This document shows positions 48,759 to 58,318 of a DNA stretch of 64,000 bases, piece after piece. The notes below the pieces were generated by a model. That model did no database searches, was not told where the DNA came from, and worked only from the letters and a program-made list of their open reading frames with translations. A program made the translations under genes and the position numbers. Numbering within the stretch: position 1 is the stretch's first letter; every line of letters starts with the position of its first letter. Source of the stretch: an uncultured Defluviitaleaceae bacterium (GTDB taxonomy: Bacteria > Bacillota > Clostridia > Lachnospirales > WRBF01); NCBI GenBank assembly GCA_964492715.1, contig CAZBLK010000003.1, forward strand, positions 13,205 through 77,204, in the 5' to 3' direction.

Positions 48759-49783
48759 ACGAAAAAAAAAGTGGTAAAAAAAACATAACAGTAATTGGCG
48801 CAGGAAGCTGGGGAACAGCTATCACTTCCCTACTCTATGAAAATGGACATGATGTTACGCTTTGGTCTCATGATAAAGCGCACGCTGAAAAAATTGTAGC
48901 CGACAAGGAAAACAAAGAATATTTACCTGGGGTTAATATTCCGCAGGAAATAGTTGTAACAAGTGATATTGAATATTCGGTTAAAAATGCAGAAATTATA
49001 GTCACTGCTGTGCCTTCAGTGTATATGTCAAGTGTGCTTAAACAGTTTGCCACGTTTTTAAACAAACGTCACACAGTTGTAAACATTTCAAAAGGGCTTG
49101 ATGAAAGTACACTTAGCAGGCTTTCAGAAGTAATTGAAAGTAACATTCCAAGCTGCAAGGTTTGTGTTTTGGCAGGCCCCAGCCACGCAGAAGAAGTTGG
49201 TAATAAAATACCAACAACTTGTGTTGCCTCATCTAAGGATTCATCAGTTGCCGAGCATGTGCAAGACATTTTTATGAATAAGTATTTCCGTGTGTATGTA
49301 AACACAGATATAATTGGTGTTGAACTTGGCGGGGCATTAAAAAATGTAATTGCACTTGCAGCAGGAATAGCTGACGGCTTAGGGCTTGGCGACAACACAA
49401 AAGCGGCATTAATGACAAGAGGTATGGCTGAAATTGCACGTCTTGGCGTAAAAATGGGTGCAGACCCTTATACATTCAGCGGGCTTACAGGAATTGGCGA
49501 CTTAATTGTAACTTGCACTAGTATGCACAGCCGTAACCGCCGAGCAGGTATACTTTTAGGTCAAGGAAAGCCGCTTGAACAAGCTCTTTCTGAAATTCAT
49601 ATGGTTGTTGAAGGTGTAAACACCGCTAAAGCCGCCCTCATGCTTGCACAAAAGCATGGCGTTTTGATGCCGATTACCGAGGAAATAAACAACGTTTTGT
49701 TTGAAGGTAAAAAGCCAATGGAAGCAGTTTATGACCTGATGCAAAGGGACAAGACGGAGGAACACGAATATGCTTTTCGATAA
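48755..49783 (+). CDS. gpsA: NAD(P)H-dependent glycerol-3-phosphate dehydrogenase
   Basis: VIGAGSWGTA Rossmann motif and GALKNVIALAAG. Confidence 0.93.
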   Translation: MNEKKSGKKNITVIGAGSWGTAITSLLYENGHDVTLWSHDKAHAEKIVADKENKEYLPGVNIPQEIVVTSDIEYSVKNAEIIVTAVPSVYMSSVLKQFATFLNKRHTVVNISKGLDESTLSRLSEVIESNIPSCKVCVLAGPSHAEEVGNKIPTTCVASSKDSSVAEHVQDIFMNKYFRVYVNTDIIGVELGGALKNVIALAAGIADGLGLGDNTKAALMTRGMAEIARLGVKMGADPYTFSGLTGIGDLIVTCTSMHSRNRRAGILLGQGKPLEQALSEIHMVVEGVNTAKAALMLAQKHGVLMPITEEINNVLFEGKKPMEAVYDLMQRDKTEEHEYAFR

Positions 49784-50801
49784 AGAGTTTATTTTAAATA
49801 CTCTGCAAGAAATTTTATCAATTGACAGCCCTACAGGTTTTACTGACAACGTGATTAAAAAAATAAAGGAATATGCAGAAGTTTTGGGTTTTCCTTTTAA
49901 GTACACGGTTAAAGGCGGCGGCATAATTACAGTTAAAGGTGAAACTGAAAAGACAGTTGGCATAAGCACCCACGTTGACACACTTGGGCTTATGGTAACT
50001 CACGTTAAGGCTGACGGAACTTTGGGCTTTACTAAAGTCGGCGCACCTATTACACAAACACTTGACGGAGAATACTGCAAGGTTTACACTAGAAATGGCA
50101 AAGTTTACACAGGTACAATTTTATCAAATGCACCTTCTTCTCATGTTTATGCTGTTGATAGCGAGAAAATGGAGCGGACTCCTAATAAAATGCACGTTCG
50201 CTTGGACGAAATTGTAAAAAACAAAAACGACACTTTGTCGTTAGGCATTCAAAATGGTGACTTCATATGCTACGACACAAAGACAGTCGTTGCAAAAAAT
50301 GGTTTTATTAAGTCTAGGTTTTTGGACGACAAGCTTTCTGTTGCACTTGTTTTAGGGGTTTTAAAATATTTTGCAGACAACAAAATTACGCCTAAATATA
50401 ATGTTAAGTTTATGTTTTCAACTTATGAAGAAGTTGGGCATGGTATGTCAAGCACACCAAGCGGCATAACAGAGCTTTTGGCTGTTGATATGGGCTGCAT
50501 AGGTGACACACTTAGCTGCACAGAATATGACGTTTCTATTTGTGCAAAAGACGCTACAGGCCCTTATGATTATGAGTTGACCACAAAGCTTATAAAACTT
50601 GCAAAAAATAGTGACCTAAAATTCGCTGTTGACGTGTACCCTGCTTATAGCTCGGACGTCAGTGCTTCACTTCGTGGGGGTAACGACATAAAAGGGGCTT
50701 TAATTGGTCCGGGTGTTGCGGCAAGCCACGGCATGGAACGAAGCCATTACGATGCCGTAAACAACACTATGCGGCTTATTGTTTTGTACCTTACAAAATA
50801 A
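49770..50801 (+). CDS. M42-family metallo-aminopeptidase (FrvX/YsdC-like)
   Basis: 343 aa with HVDTLG, DDK and EEVGHG metal-ligand motifs. Confidence 0.85.
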   Translation: MLFDKEFILNTLQEILSIDSPTGFTDNVIKKIKEYAEVLGFPFKYTVKGGGIITVKGETEKTVGISTHVDTLGLMVTHVKADGTLGFTKVGAPITQTLDGEYCKVYTRNGKVYTGTILSNAPSSHVYAVDSEKMERTPNKMHVRLDEIVKNKNDTLSLGIQNGDFICYDTKTVVAKNGFIKSRFLDDKLSVALVLGVLKYFADNKITPKYNVKFMFSTYEEVGHGMSSTPSGITELLAVDMGCIGDTLSCTEYDVSICAKDATGPYDYELTTKLIKLAKNSDLKFAVDVYPAYSSDVSASLRGGNDIKGALIGPGVAASHGMERSHYDAVNNTMRLIVLYLTK

Positions 50802-50821
50802 AATTTATGTGGGTGAAGAAT

Positions 50822-51046
50822 ATGGGCAAGAAGTACAAAAAAATGATAGCACCGATTGTAATTATTATTTTTTTATGTTTGTTCGTTATTTTTCAAATGG
50901 TTGGTTTTTTTATGATACCTATTCCGTTTGTAAAAGTAATAGCAATAATAATTGGCATTTGCTCTATAGGTGCGCTTTGCTATGTGCTTTGGGAGCGTTA
51001 CAAAGAAATCGAAGGAGGAGAAGAAGATGATATTGACAACTACTGA
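50822..51046 (+). CDS. Small two-TM membrane protein with an acidic tail
   Basis: About 74 aa with two hydrophobic helices. It overlaps the ybjQ-like start by 20 nt, which suggests translational coupling. Confidence 0.45.
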   Translation: MGKKYKKMIAPIVIIIFLCLFVIFQMVGFFMIPIPFVKVIAIIIGICSIGALCYVLWERYKEIEGGEEDDIDNY

Positions 51047-51338
51047 GTTTATTGACGGAAAGGAACTTGCTGTTTTAGGGCTTGTTAAAGGTTCTACTAT
51101 TCAGTCAAAAAATTTGGGCAAAGATATTTTAAGCTCTCTTAAAACACTTGTAGGCGGCGAAATTACTGCTTACACAGAAATGATGAACGAAGCAAGGGCT
51201 ATTGCAACAAAGCGTATGGTGAAGGAAGCCGAAGCTATGGGGGCAGATGCTATTATTGGAATTATGTACACTTCAAGCGCAATAATGGCAAGTGCAGCCG
51301 AAAGCTTAGCTTACGGTACTGCTGTAAAATTTAAGTAA
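51027..51338 (+). CDS. YbjQ/UPF0145 family protein
   Basis: MILTTTEFIDGKE...GGEI...EA...MGADAIIGI pattern, 103 aa from the internal ATG. Confidence 0.85.
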   Translation: MILTTTEFIDGKELAVLGLVKGSTIQSKNLGKDILSSLKTLVGGEITAYTEMMNEARAIATKRMVKEAEAMGADAIIGIMYTSSAIMASAAESLAYGTAVKFK

Positions 51339-51351
51339 TTGCTATAGCTTT

Positions 51352-51381
51352 AAAAAAGCAGCCATATTTGGTTGCTTTTTT
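51352..51381 (+). terminator. Rho-independent terminator
   Basis: AAAAAAGCAGCC-atattt-GGTTGCTTTTTT. Confidence 0.6.
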
Positions 51382-51555
51382 GTTTATAATAAACAAAGTT
51401 GCATGTTAAAAATTATACAATTTACAGAAAGTATTTTAAAATAATTATACAAAATCACTTGATTTTCTGTTTCAATATTGTATAATAAAGGTGCTATCCT
51501 ACTTAAATTTTTAAGATATTGCTAAAGGATAGATAAAATAATAGGAGGTAAAGAA

Positions 51556-53460
51556 ATGAAAAAGGCTTCAAAGCTAATTAGCTTCTTCACATCTTTTGCT
51601 ATTACGTTTACGCTTGTAGCACCAGCAAACGTAGCATTTGCTGCTGATGAAGCAAAAAAAGTAACCATTCTAGCAACAAGTGACGTACACGCAAATGTAA
51701 CTGACTACGACTACTACACACAAAAGCAATCCTCCGTTGGTTTTGCTAAAATCTATTCTGTAGTAAAAGACGAACGCTCAAAAAACAAAAACGTATTGCT
51801 TATTGACAACGGTGATACTATCCAAGGAACTCCTTATTCACAATACTATCTTGACAACTCATCTACAATTAAAAATCCAATCATTAATATTATGAACTTC
51901 ATGAAATACGACGTTATGACACTCGGTAATCATGAATTTAACTACGGTTTGCCAACATTAAATAAATTAATGGGTGAATCTGAATTCCCAATGCTTGCAG
52001 CAAACATTTATAATACTGATGGAACAAACTTTGCAACACCTTACGTTGTTAAGGAAGTTGACGGCGTTAAAATTGCTGTTTTAGGGCTTACAACTGCTGG
52101 TGTAATGGTTTGGGACAGAGGTTCTGTTGACGGCAAAATCGTTATTAACGACGTTGTTGAAGAAGGCAAAAAGTGGGTTAAAGTAATTGAAGAAAAAGAA
52201 GATGTTGATGCAATTATTATTGCGGCGCATTCAGGCTTAGAAGCTGGCACTAGCCCTGCTTATGAAGGACAAGTTTTAGAACTTGCAAAAGCACTTCCTC
52301 AAGTTACTGCAATTGTTGCAGGTCACTTCCATTCAGAAATTGTTAATCAAGTAGAAAATGGCGTTCTCATCGTTGAGCCAAAGCGTTGGGGCGAAAGAGT
52401 TTCTGCAATTGACTTGGAATTTGTTAAAGACGGAGACGGTTACAAAGTTTCAAACAAGGCAGGCAGAAGCATTGATACTAAAAACTTCTCAAACGCTCCT
52501 GAACTTTTAGAGTTTGCAAAGAATGATATAGCTGCTGTTGAAAAAGCTGTAAACACAGTTATTGGCTATGCAACAGAAGCTTTCCCAGGTGCAGACCAAA
52601 AAATTAAAAACACTGCTCTTATGGACTTAATCCATGATGTACAAATTAAATACGGCAATGCTGACATTTCAATTGCAGCTTCGTTTAACGAAAGCAGCAA
52701 CATACCAAAAGGCGACATTAAAGAAAGTAGCATTAACGGCTTGTACGTTTATGAAAACTTCTTAAACACAACTGAAATGACAGGTGCACAATTAAAGAAA
52801 TATCTTGAATATTGTGCAACATACTTTGAGCAGTCAAATGCTGGCGACACACAAATTAAAATTAATTCAAAAATGCCTGGTTACAACTACGACATGGTTA
52901 AAGGTGTAAACTACACTCTCGACATTACTAAACCAGTTGGCGAAAGACTTACAAGCATTACTTACAAAGGTAAGCCAGTAGCTGACGACCAAGTTTTCAA
53001 AGTTGCAATGAACAACTACCGTTTCGGCGGAGGCGGCGGACATATGGCTCATGTAGGCTTAGAAAACCCTAAAAACCTTTACGACTCTCAAGCAGAGCTT
53101 GGTGACGCTGGGCAAATTAGAACTCTTATAAAAGAGTACATTAAAGAAATGGGTACAATCTCCCCTACTCATGACAATAACTACACATTAATTTCTGCGC
53201 TTACACCTGCTGAATCACCAACAAAAGAAGCTACAAGAGAAGTAACGGAAGTTAAAGAAGTTAAACAAGAAGTTGTTGTTGAAGTAACTCCTGTAAAAAT
53301 AAACATTGAAGAAAAAGTTTATGTTGTAGTTTCTGGCGACGTTCTTTGGAAAATTGCTAAAGAAAACAATACAACTTGGCAAGTTTTGGCAGAATACAAC
53401 AAGCTTGAAAACCCTCACCTTATTTTCCCAGGGCAAAAGATTTTAGTTCCTGCTGCATAA
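51556..53460 (+). CDS. Secreted bifunctional metallophosphatase/5'-nucleotidase family enzyme with a C-terminal LysM
   Basis: Signal peptide, DVHAN, GDTIQG, GNHEF and GHFH calcineurin-like motifs, a 5'-nucleotidase C-domain, and the terminal LysM YVVVSGDVLWKIA...GQKILVP. Confidence 0.88.
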   Translation: MKKASKLISFFTSFAITFTLVAPANVAFAADEAKKVTILATSDVHANVTDYDYYTQKQSSVGFAKIYSVVKDERSKNKNVLLIDNGDTIQGTPYSQYYLDNSSTIKNPIINIMNFMKYDVMTLGNHEFNYGLPTLNKLMGESEFPMLAANIYNTDGTNFATPYVVKEVDGVKIAVLGLTTAGVMVWDRGSVDGKIVINDVVEEGKKWVKVIEEKEDVDAIIIAAHSGLEAGTSPAYEGQVLELAKALPQVTAIVAGHFHSEIVNQVENGVLIVEPKRWGERVSAIDLEFVKDGDGYKVSNKAGRSIDTKNFSNAPELLEFAKNDIAAVEKAVNTVIGYATEAFPGADQKIKNTALMDLIHDVQIKYGNADISIAASFNESSNIPKGDIKESSINGLYVYENFLNTTEMTGAQLKKYLEYCATYFEQSNAGDTQIKINSKMPGYNYDMVKGVNYTLDITKPVGERLTSITYKGKPVADDQVFKVAMNNYRFGGGGGHMAHVGLENPKNLYDSQAELGDAGQIRTLIKEYIKEMGTISPTHDNNYTLISALTPAESPTKEATREVTEVKEVKQEVVVEVTPVKINIEEKVYVVVSGDVLWKIAKENNTTWQVLAEYNKLENPHLIFPGQKILVPAA

Positions 53461-53478
53461 GTAACATTAAAATTTTTC

Positions 53479-53515
53479 AAAACGACTGTGGATTAAAATG
53501 CCATAGTCGTTTTTT
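53479..53515 (+). terminator. Rho-independent terminator
   Basis: 10-bp stem ACGACTGTGG/CCATAGTCGT followed by T5. Confidence 0.6.
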
Positions 53516-53582
53516 AATGCAATTTTCCACTTTTTGTTTGCAGAATATTTTTTAACACATTTACTCATAATAACCATGTACT

Positions 53583-53610
53583 TAAAGCGTTTTGTAAAAC
53601 AAGCCGCTTA
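53583..53610 (+). promoter_or_regulatory. Candidate sigma-D/sigma-28-type promoter for flagellin
   Basis: TAAA-N16-GCCGCTTA compared with the Bacillus sigma-D consensus TAAA-N15-GCCGATAT, about 140 nt upstream of the flagellin ATG. Confidence 0.4.
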
Positions 53611-53709
53611 TACACTCAATCATCAAACATTTTGTGTGGAAGACACCGAATGCTTCACCGATTTTTTCCAAACAAAATGTTAGTTAGTAATCGAGTTTAA
53701 CACAAAATA

Positions 53710-53743
53710 GGCATGGATGCCAGCCTATTATTTTCAAGGAGGA
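53710..53743 (+). promoter_or_regulatory. Candidate CsrA-binding elements in the flagellin leader
   Basis: The GGCA-uGGA-UGCC hairpin presents GGA in its loop (53710-53721). A second GGA lies inside the SD AAGGAGGA (53736-53743). Confidence 0.35.
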
Positions 53744-53750
53744 CATTATT

Positions 53751-55223
53751 ATGAGTAATATGGTAATTAACACAAACGTTTTAGCATTAAACAGCCATAG
53801 AGCTTTAAAAAACGTTGGAACTTCAGTTTCAAGAGCTTCTGAAAGGCTTGCAAGCGGGCTTAGAATAAACCGTGCTGCCGACGACGCAGCAGGCCTTGCA
53901 ATTTCTGAAAAGATGCGCAGCCAAATTCGTGGGCTTAACCAAGCGTCACGAAACGCACAGGACGGTATTAGCTTAATTCAAACAGCTGAAGGTGCGTTGC
54001 AAGAAACTGAAAACATGCTTCAACGTATGCGTGAGCTTGTAGTACAAGCTTCTAACGATTCATTAGAAGACACTGACCGCCAAAAGATTGCACTTGAGCT
54101 TAACCAGCTTTCAGACGAAATTGATGCAACATCAACTAAAACAGAGTTTAACAAAAAGAAGCTGATTAACGGTGACTGGCAAACAGAAGAGCTTTACTTC
54201 CAAGTTGGCGCAAATGCTTACCAAGGCCTAAAATTTAATATTGATGCAATGGATGCAACCACTCTTAAAGTTTCTGCTAGAGAAATTGGTGACGTTGTTT
54301 CAAGCACGTTTACAGGCAACCCTAACGCAGCAAACTTTGGTACAAAAACAACAAACATTTTTGCTGGTGGTACAAATGTTGTAAACATATCAGATATTTC
54401 AGCAGCAGCTTATCAATCAAACGTATCAAGATATACATTTGGTCAAAACCAATTTATTGACCTTACAGAAGATGGTAGAATTGTAGTTATGGGCTCTGAC
54501 GGAAGTGATGGCACTTATGACCTTGCAACACAGCAAGCAATTGCAACATTTTCATTTTCAAGCCACTCTGGTCAAGCAACAATTAACGTTGCTCCAGGCG
54601 CTACTATTACCTACACTGAAACACCTCCTGCGTTAACAGCACTTGCCACTGTTGCTGGTGTAGATGACACTCAAAACTGGGGACCTGTTAAGGCAAGATG
54701 GGACAGTGCTGTACCAAGTATATACTATGACATGTCAGGAAGGTCAACTGGTTTTACAGGAGCAGGAGCAGCAATTGATTTAAGCGGAAAAACTCAAACA
54801 CCTAATGACCTTTTAACAGCAGGTATTGTAAGTGTTATCTCTGATGGGCTTACATTTAACGTTGACCCAGGTACAGGCAAACTTGATGAAACAACAGTTG
54901 CAGCCTCTGTAAAAGTTGGGCCTGTTGGTGGTTCAAAAGGCGAAAGAATTTCTGCATTAACAACAATAATTGACGGTGCTATAGAAGCTGTTTCGTCACA
55001 GCGTGCAAAGCTTGGTGCATACCAAAACCGTCTTGAACACACTATACGTAACCTTGAAACAGCTTCCGAAAACCTTTCAGCTTCAGAATCTCGCATAAGG
55101 GACGCTGACATGGCTAAGGAAATGATGGACCTTACAAAGGCAAACGTACTTCAACAAGCAGCTACAAGTATGCTTGCGCAAGCAAACATGGCTCCTCAAA
55201 CAATACTTCAGCTTCTTCGTTAA
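53751..55223 (+). CDS. fliC: Flagellin
   Basis: Conserved N-terminus (MVINTNVLALNSHRAL...RINRAADDAAGLAISEKMRSQIRGL) and C-terminus (QNRLEHTIRNL...MLAQANMAPQTILQLLR), with a Thr/Ser/Gly-rich variable middle. Confidence 0.95.
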   Translation: MSNMVINTNVLALNSHRALKNVGTSVSRASERLASGLRINRAADDAAGLAISEKMRSQIRGLNQASRNAQDGISLIQTAEGALQETENMLQRMRELVVQASNDSLEDTDRQKIALELNQLSDEIDATSTKTEFNKKKLINGDWQTEELYFQVGANAYQGLKFNIDAMDATTLKVSAREIGDVVSSTFTGNPNAANFGTKTTNIFAGGTNVVNISDISAAAYQSNVSRYTFGQNQFIDLTEDGRIVVMGSDGSDGTYDLATQQAIATFSFSSHSGQATINVAPGATITYTETPPALTALATVAGVDDTQNWGPVKARWDSAVPSIYYDMSGRSTGFTGAGAAIDLSGKTQTPNDLLTAGIVSVISDGLTFNVDPGTGKLDETTVAASVKVGPVGGSKGERISALTTIIDGAIEAVSSQRAKLGAYQNRLEHTIRNLETASENLSASESRIRDADMAKEMMDLTKANVLQQAATSMLAQANMAPQTILQLLR

Positions 55224-55229
55224 TAAACC

Positions 55230-55261
55230 AAAACAAAGCCCGCTTATGCGGGTTTTGTTTT
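55230..55261. terminator. Bidirectional terminator between flagellin and the S4-domain gene
   Basis: 14-bp stem AAAACAAAGCCCGC-ttat-GCGGGTTTTGTTTT. Confidence 0.65.
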
Positions 55262-55499
55262 ATAAACTTCGGTACATCTCGGAAGCTCCTTCTTTTTTAA
55301 CCTGTTCTTTTACAGAAAGAACTTCTACCTTTGTAACATTCGCCCCAAAGCGTATTTCGATAATGTCGCCTTCTTTTACTTCAAGCCCAGCTTTTGCAAT
55401 TTTGCCGTTCACTGTTACACGTCCAGCGTCACAAGCATCGTTTGCAATTGTACGCCTTTTAATAATTCGTGAAACTTTTAAAAATTTGTCAATTCGCAT
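55260..55499 (-). CDS. S4-domain RNA-binding protein (YabO/Hsp15-like)
   Basis: MRIDKFLKVSRIIKRRTIANDACDAGRVTVNG S4 motif, 79 aa from the internal ATG. Confidence 0.85.
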   Translation of the reverse strand: MRIDKFLKVSRIIKRRTIANDACDAGRVTVNGKIAKAGLEVKEGDIIEIRFGANVTKVEVLSVKEQVKKEGASEMYRSL

Positions 55500-55615
55500 A
55501 AATGCACCTCCAAAAAAATACACTCTCTATTAAAAACATAGCAGAGCTATTTTTTATAAAGAGTGCAAAAAATTTATAGGCGAATTTTAAACATTTATAG
55601 TATTGGTAAAGCTAA

Positions 55616-55897
55616 TTATTTACCGTTAACTGCATCTTTTAATGCTTTGCCAACTTTAAACCTTGGTGCTCTTGATGCAGGAATTGGCATAGGTTCGCCA
55701 GTGTGTGGGTTTCTTCCTTCACGAGCAGCACGGTCAGCAACATCAAAAACGCCAAATCCAACTAAAGAAACTTTACCACCATTTACAAGTTGTTCAGTAA
55801 CTACTTCCTCAAACGCTTTTAAAGTTTTTTCAGTATCTTTTTTGCTAAGCTCAGTCTTCGCAGCAATTGCGGTAACTAATTCACTTTTGTTCATCAA
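55616..55897 (-). CDS. hup: HU-family DNA-binding protein
   Basis: MNKSELV...GFGVFDV..RAAREGRNPHTGEPM...FKVGKALKDAVN. Confidence 0.93.
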   Translation of the reverse strand: MMNKSELVTAIAAKTELSKKDTEKTLKAFEEVVTEQLVNGGKVSLVGFGVFDVADRAAREGRNPHTGEPMPIPASRAPRFKVGKALKDAVNGK

Positions 55898-56103
55898 AAA
55901 TTCCTCCTTAAAGATAGTTGCCTATTTTTTCGTTCTCATATATATTTATAAACCGTAAAAATTGGTTTGTCAAGAATATTTGATAAAAATATTGAAAAAA
56001 CAGTATATTTATTAGCGATTTTCAAGATTTAATTAATAAACTAAGCATACTAGTTACTTTTAGAGTTGATTATTCAGCTCACATAGAATTATTTTCTGCA
56101 ATC

Positions 56104-56267
56104 TAGGGTGTATCCGATAATTATAAGTTCTGCACAAATCGAGCAGTTTTTTTGTCTGACGAGGCAGAATTTCGCAGGCATAACTAGAAGTTAGACAAGA
56201 AATTCTAACGAAGTCAGGCGGAAAAACTGCCGATTTTGTGCAAATTTTATTTGTCGGATAGACCCTA
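56104..56267. repeat. 164-bp long-hairpin (MITE-like) element, family 2, copy E1
   Basis: TAGGGTGTATCCGA ... TCGGATAGACCCTA with imperfectly complementary arms of about 75 nt. The centre is homologous to E2 in the opposite orientation. Confidence 0.75.
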
Positions 56268-56418
56268 ATTAAAATATAAGCAAGCATTTAATTGAATAGT
56301 AATCTTTATATTAAAATATTATCCCTTCCATATCTTGACATTTTATACAGAAGTAACTATACTACGTTGTATTACATTGCTTATTTTTGTTTTTACTATT
56401 TGAATGAGAGTGATTAAA

Positions 56419-57870
56419 ATGAACTATTCTAACTTAACTTTAATGACAGATTTTTATGAGCTAACAATGATGCAAGGCTACTTCTTGCATGGCTTCCACA
56501 AACAAAAAGCAGTATTTGATGTTTTTTACAGGAAAAACCCAGCTGATGGCGGCTATGCTGTTGCTTGTGGCTTAGAACAAGTTGTTAATTACATTAAGGA
56601 GTTAAACTTTAGGGAAGAAGACTTGCAATATCTTGCTTCACTAAATAACTTTACACCAGAATTTTTAAATTATTTAAAAAACTTCAAATTCACTGGAAGC
56701 ATTTATGCAATGCCCGAAGGAACTATAATTTTTCCCCACGAGCCTATTATGCGTATAGAAGCCCCTGTAATTGAAGCACAGCTTATTGAAACAGCAATTT
56801 TAAACATTTTAAACCATCAATGTTTAATTGCAACAAAAGCTTCCAGAGTTTGCTGGGCGGCTTCTGGTGACGGAGTTTTAGAGTTTGGGTTAAGGCGTGC
56901 ACAAGGCCCAGACGCAGGAATTTACGGCGCTAGAGCTGCTATGATAGGCGGGTGCGTTGCTACTAGCAATGTACTTGCAGGTAAAATGTTTGACGTTCCT
57001 GTCAGGGGAACACACGCACATAGCTGGATTATGAGCTTTAAAGATGAACTTACAGCTTTTCGTAAATATGCAGAAATTTTCCCTAACGCTTGTACACTTC
57101 TCGTTGATACATTTGACACATTAAAGTCAGGTGTGCCAAATGCAATTACAGTGTTTAAAGAAATGAAGGAAAAAGGAATTGAGCTGAAAAGCTATGGCAT
57201 ACGTCTTGATAGCGGTGACTTTGCTTATTTGTCAAAGGAAGCCAGAAAAATGCTTGATGATGCAGGCTTTGTTGATGCTTTTATTTCTGCTTCTAGCGAC
57301 TTGGACGAGTATTTAATTAGAGATTTAAAGCTTCAAGGAAGTGCTGTTTCCGTATGGGGCGTTGGGACAAACCTAATAACTTCAAGGGATTGCCCTGCAT
57401 TTGGTTGTGTTTACAAGCTTGCAGCTATGGAAAACAGCGAAGGAAAACTAATTCCAACGATTAAGCTTTCTGAAAATGTAGAAAAAATTACAAACCCAGG
57501 TGTCAAAAAGGTTGTAAGAATTTATGACAAAAAGTCTGGCAAAGTTAAAGCCGACCTAATAACGCTTGTTGATGAGCAAGTTGACCATACTAAGGACTTA
57601 ACTATTTTTCACCCTGTAGCTACATGGAAAAAGATGCAGTTAAAAGCAAATGAATTTACTGTTAAAGAGCTTTTAGTTCCAATATTTATAAACGGTGAAT
57701 GCGTTTACAGTTCTCCGTCTGTTATGGAAATTCGCTCATACTGTATAAACGAGCTTGCAACGCTTTGGGACGAGCATAAGCGGCTTTTTAACCCACATAT
57801 ACTGCCTGTAGATCTTTCTGCGAACCTTTGGGAAATGAAAAAGAAAATGATAGATTCACATAAGGAATAA
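56419..57870 (+). CDS. pncB: Nicotinate phosphoribosyltransferase
   Basis: LTLMTDFYELTMMQGY N-terminus, EFGLRRAQG, GTHAHSW and RLDSGD motifs. Confidence 0.9.
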   Translation: MNYSNLTLMTDFYELTMMQGYFLHGFHKQKAVFDVFYRKNPADGGYAVACGLEQVVNYIKELNFREEDLQYLASLNNFTPEFLNYLKNFKFTGSIYAMPEGTIIFPHEPIMRIEAPVIEAQLIETAILNILNHQCLIATKASRVCWAASGDGVLEFGLRRAQGPDAGIYGARAAMIGGCVATSNVLAGKMFDVPVRGTHAHSWIMSFKDELTAFRKYAEIFPNACTLLVDTFDTLKSGVPNAITVFKEMKEKGIELKSYGIRLDSGDFAYLSKEARKMLDDAGFVDAFISASSDLDEYLIRDLKLQGSAVSVWGVGTNLITSRDCPAFGCVYKLAAMENSEGKLIPTIKLSENVEKITNPGVKKVVRIYDKKSGKVKADLITLVDEQVDHTKDLTIFHPVATWKKMQLKANEFTVKELLVPIFINGECVYSSPSVMEIRSYCINELATLWDEHKRLFNPHILPVDLSANLWEMKKKMIDSHKE

Positions 57871-57994
57871 TAAAACCAGTTTTACCCATTTAATGAGAAT
57901 ATACATGTATAATATGGAAATTAATAGTCTATACTTTGGAAAATATGGAAAATTATAGATTGTAAAATTATTATATATATGAATGGGTGGTTTT

Positions 57995-58315
57995 ATGTCA
58001 GACGAACGTATAATTTTAATTAAGGGCGACAGTTCAAAGTGGTATGAACAAGCAATTTTTATCATTAAGAAAAACATACCTGGAAACAAAGTTCCAGTTG
58101 ACTTGGTGTTTGAGGCAGAAAAAATAATTAACGGGTACATGCAAAAACAAACCCCAAGCTTTGAAAAAAAGTTTGCAATAGAAAAAAAGCCAGAATTAGT
58201 TGTTTCTAAAAAGACACTCAAAAGAAAAAATAAAACTTTTGATGCGGTTCTTAACACAATAATTTTAATTGGGCTTATAGCTTTGTTTGGTCTTTTAATG
58301 TGGTATTATTTTTAA
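57995..58315 (+). CDS. Small C-terminally membrane-anchored hypothetical protein
   Basis: 106 aa after the GGGTGG SD, Lys-rich, with a single C-terminal TM helix. Confidence 0.5.
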   Translation: MSDERIILIKGDSSKWYEQAIFIIKKNIPGNKVPVDLVFEAEKIINGYMQKQTPSFEKKFAIEKKPELVVSKKTLKRKNKTFDAVLNTIILIGLIALFGLLMWYYF

Positions 58316-58318
58316 ATT

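Noticed and set aside
51337-51348. GTAATTGCTATA at the ybjQ-like stop codon, matching 11 of 12 positions of the family-1 repeat right terminus.
   Set aside because: There is no partner terminus or repeat interior nearby. It is a short AT-rich match overlapping conserved coding sequence, so it is probably chance or at most an unprovable solo end.
56060-56287. 75-aa minus-strand ORF covering the E1 hairpin element.
   Set aside because: It lies entirely within a palindromic repeat, so an ORF on either strand is an expected artefact. There is no SD and the protein is Cys/Arg-rich nonsense.
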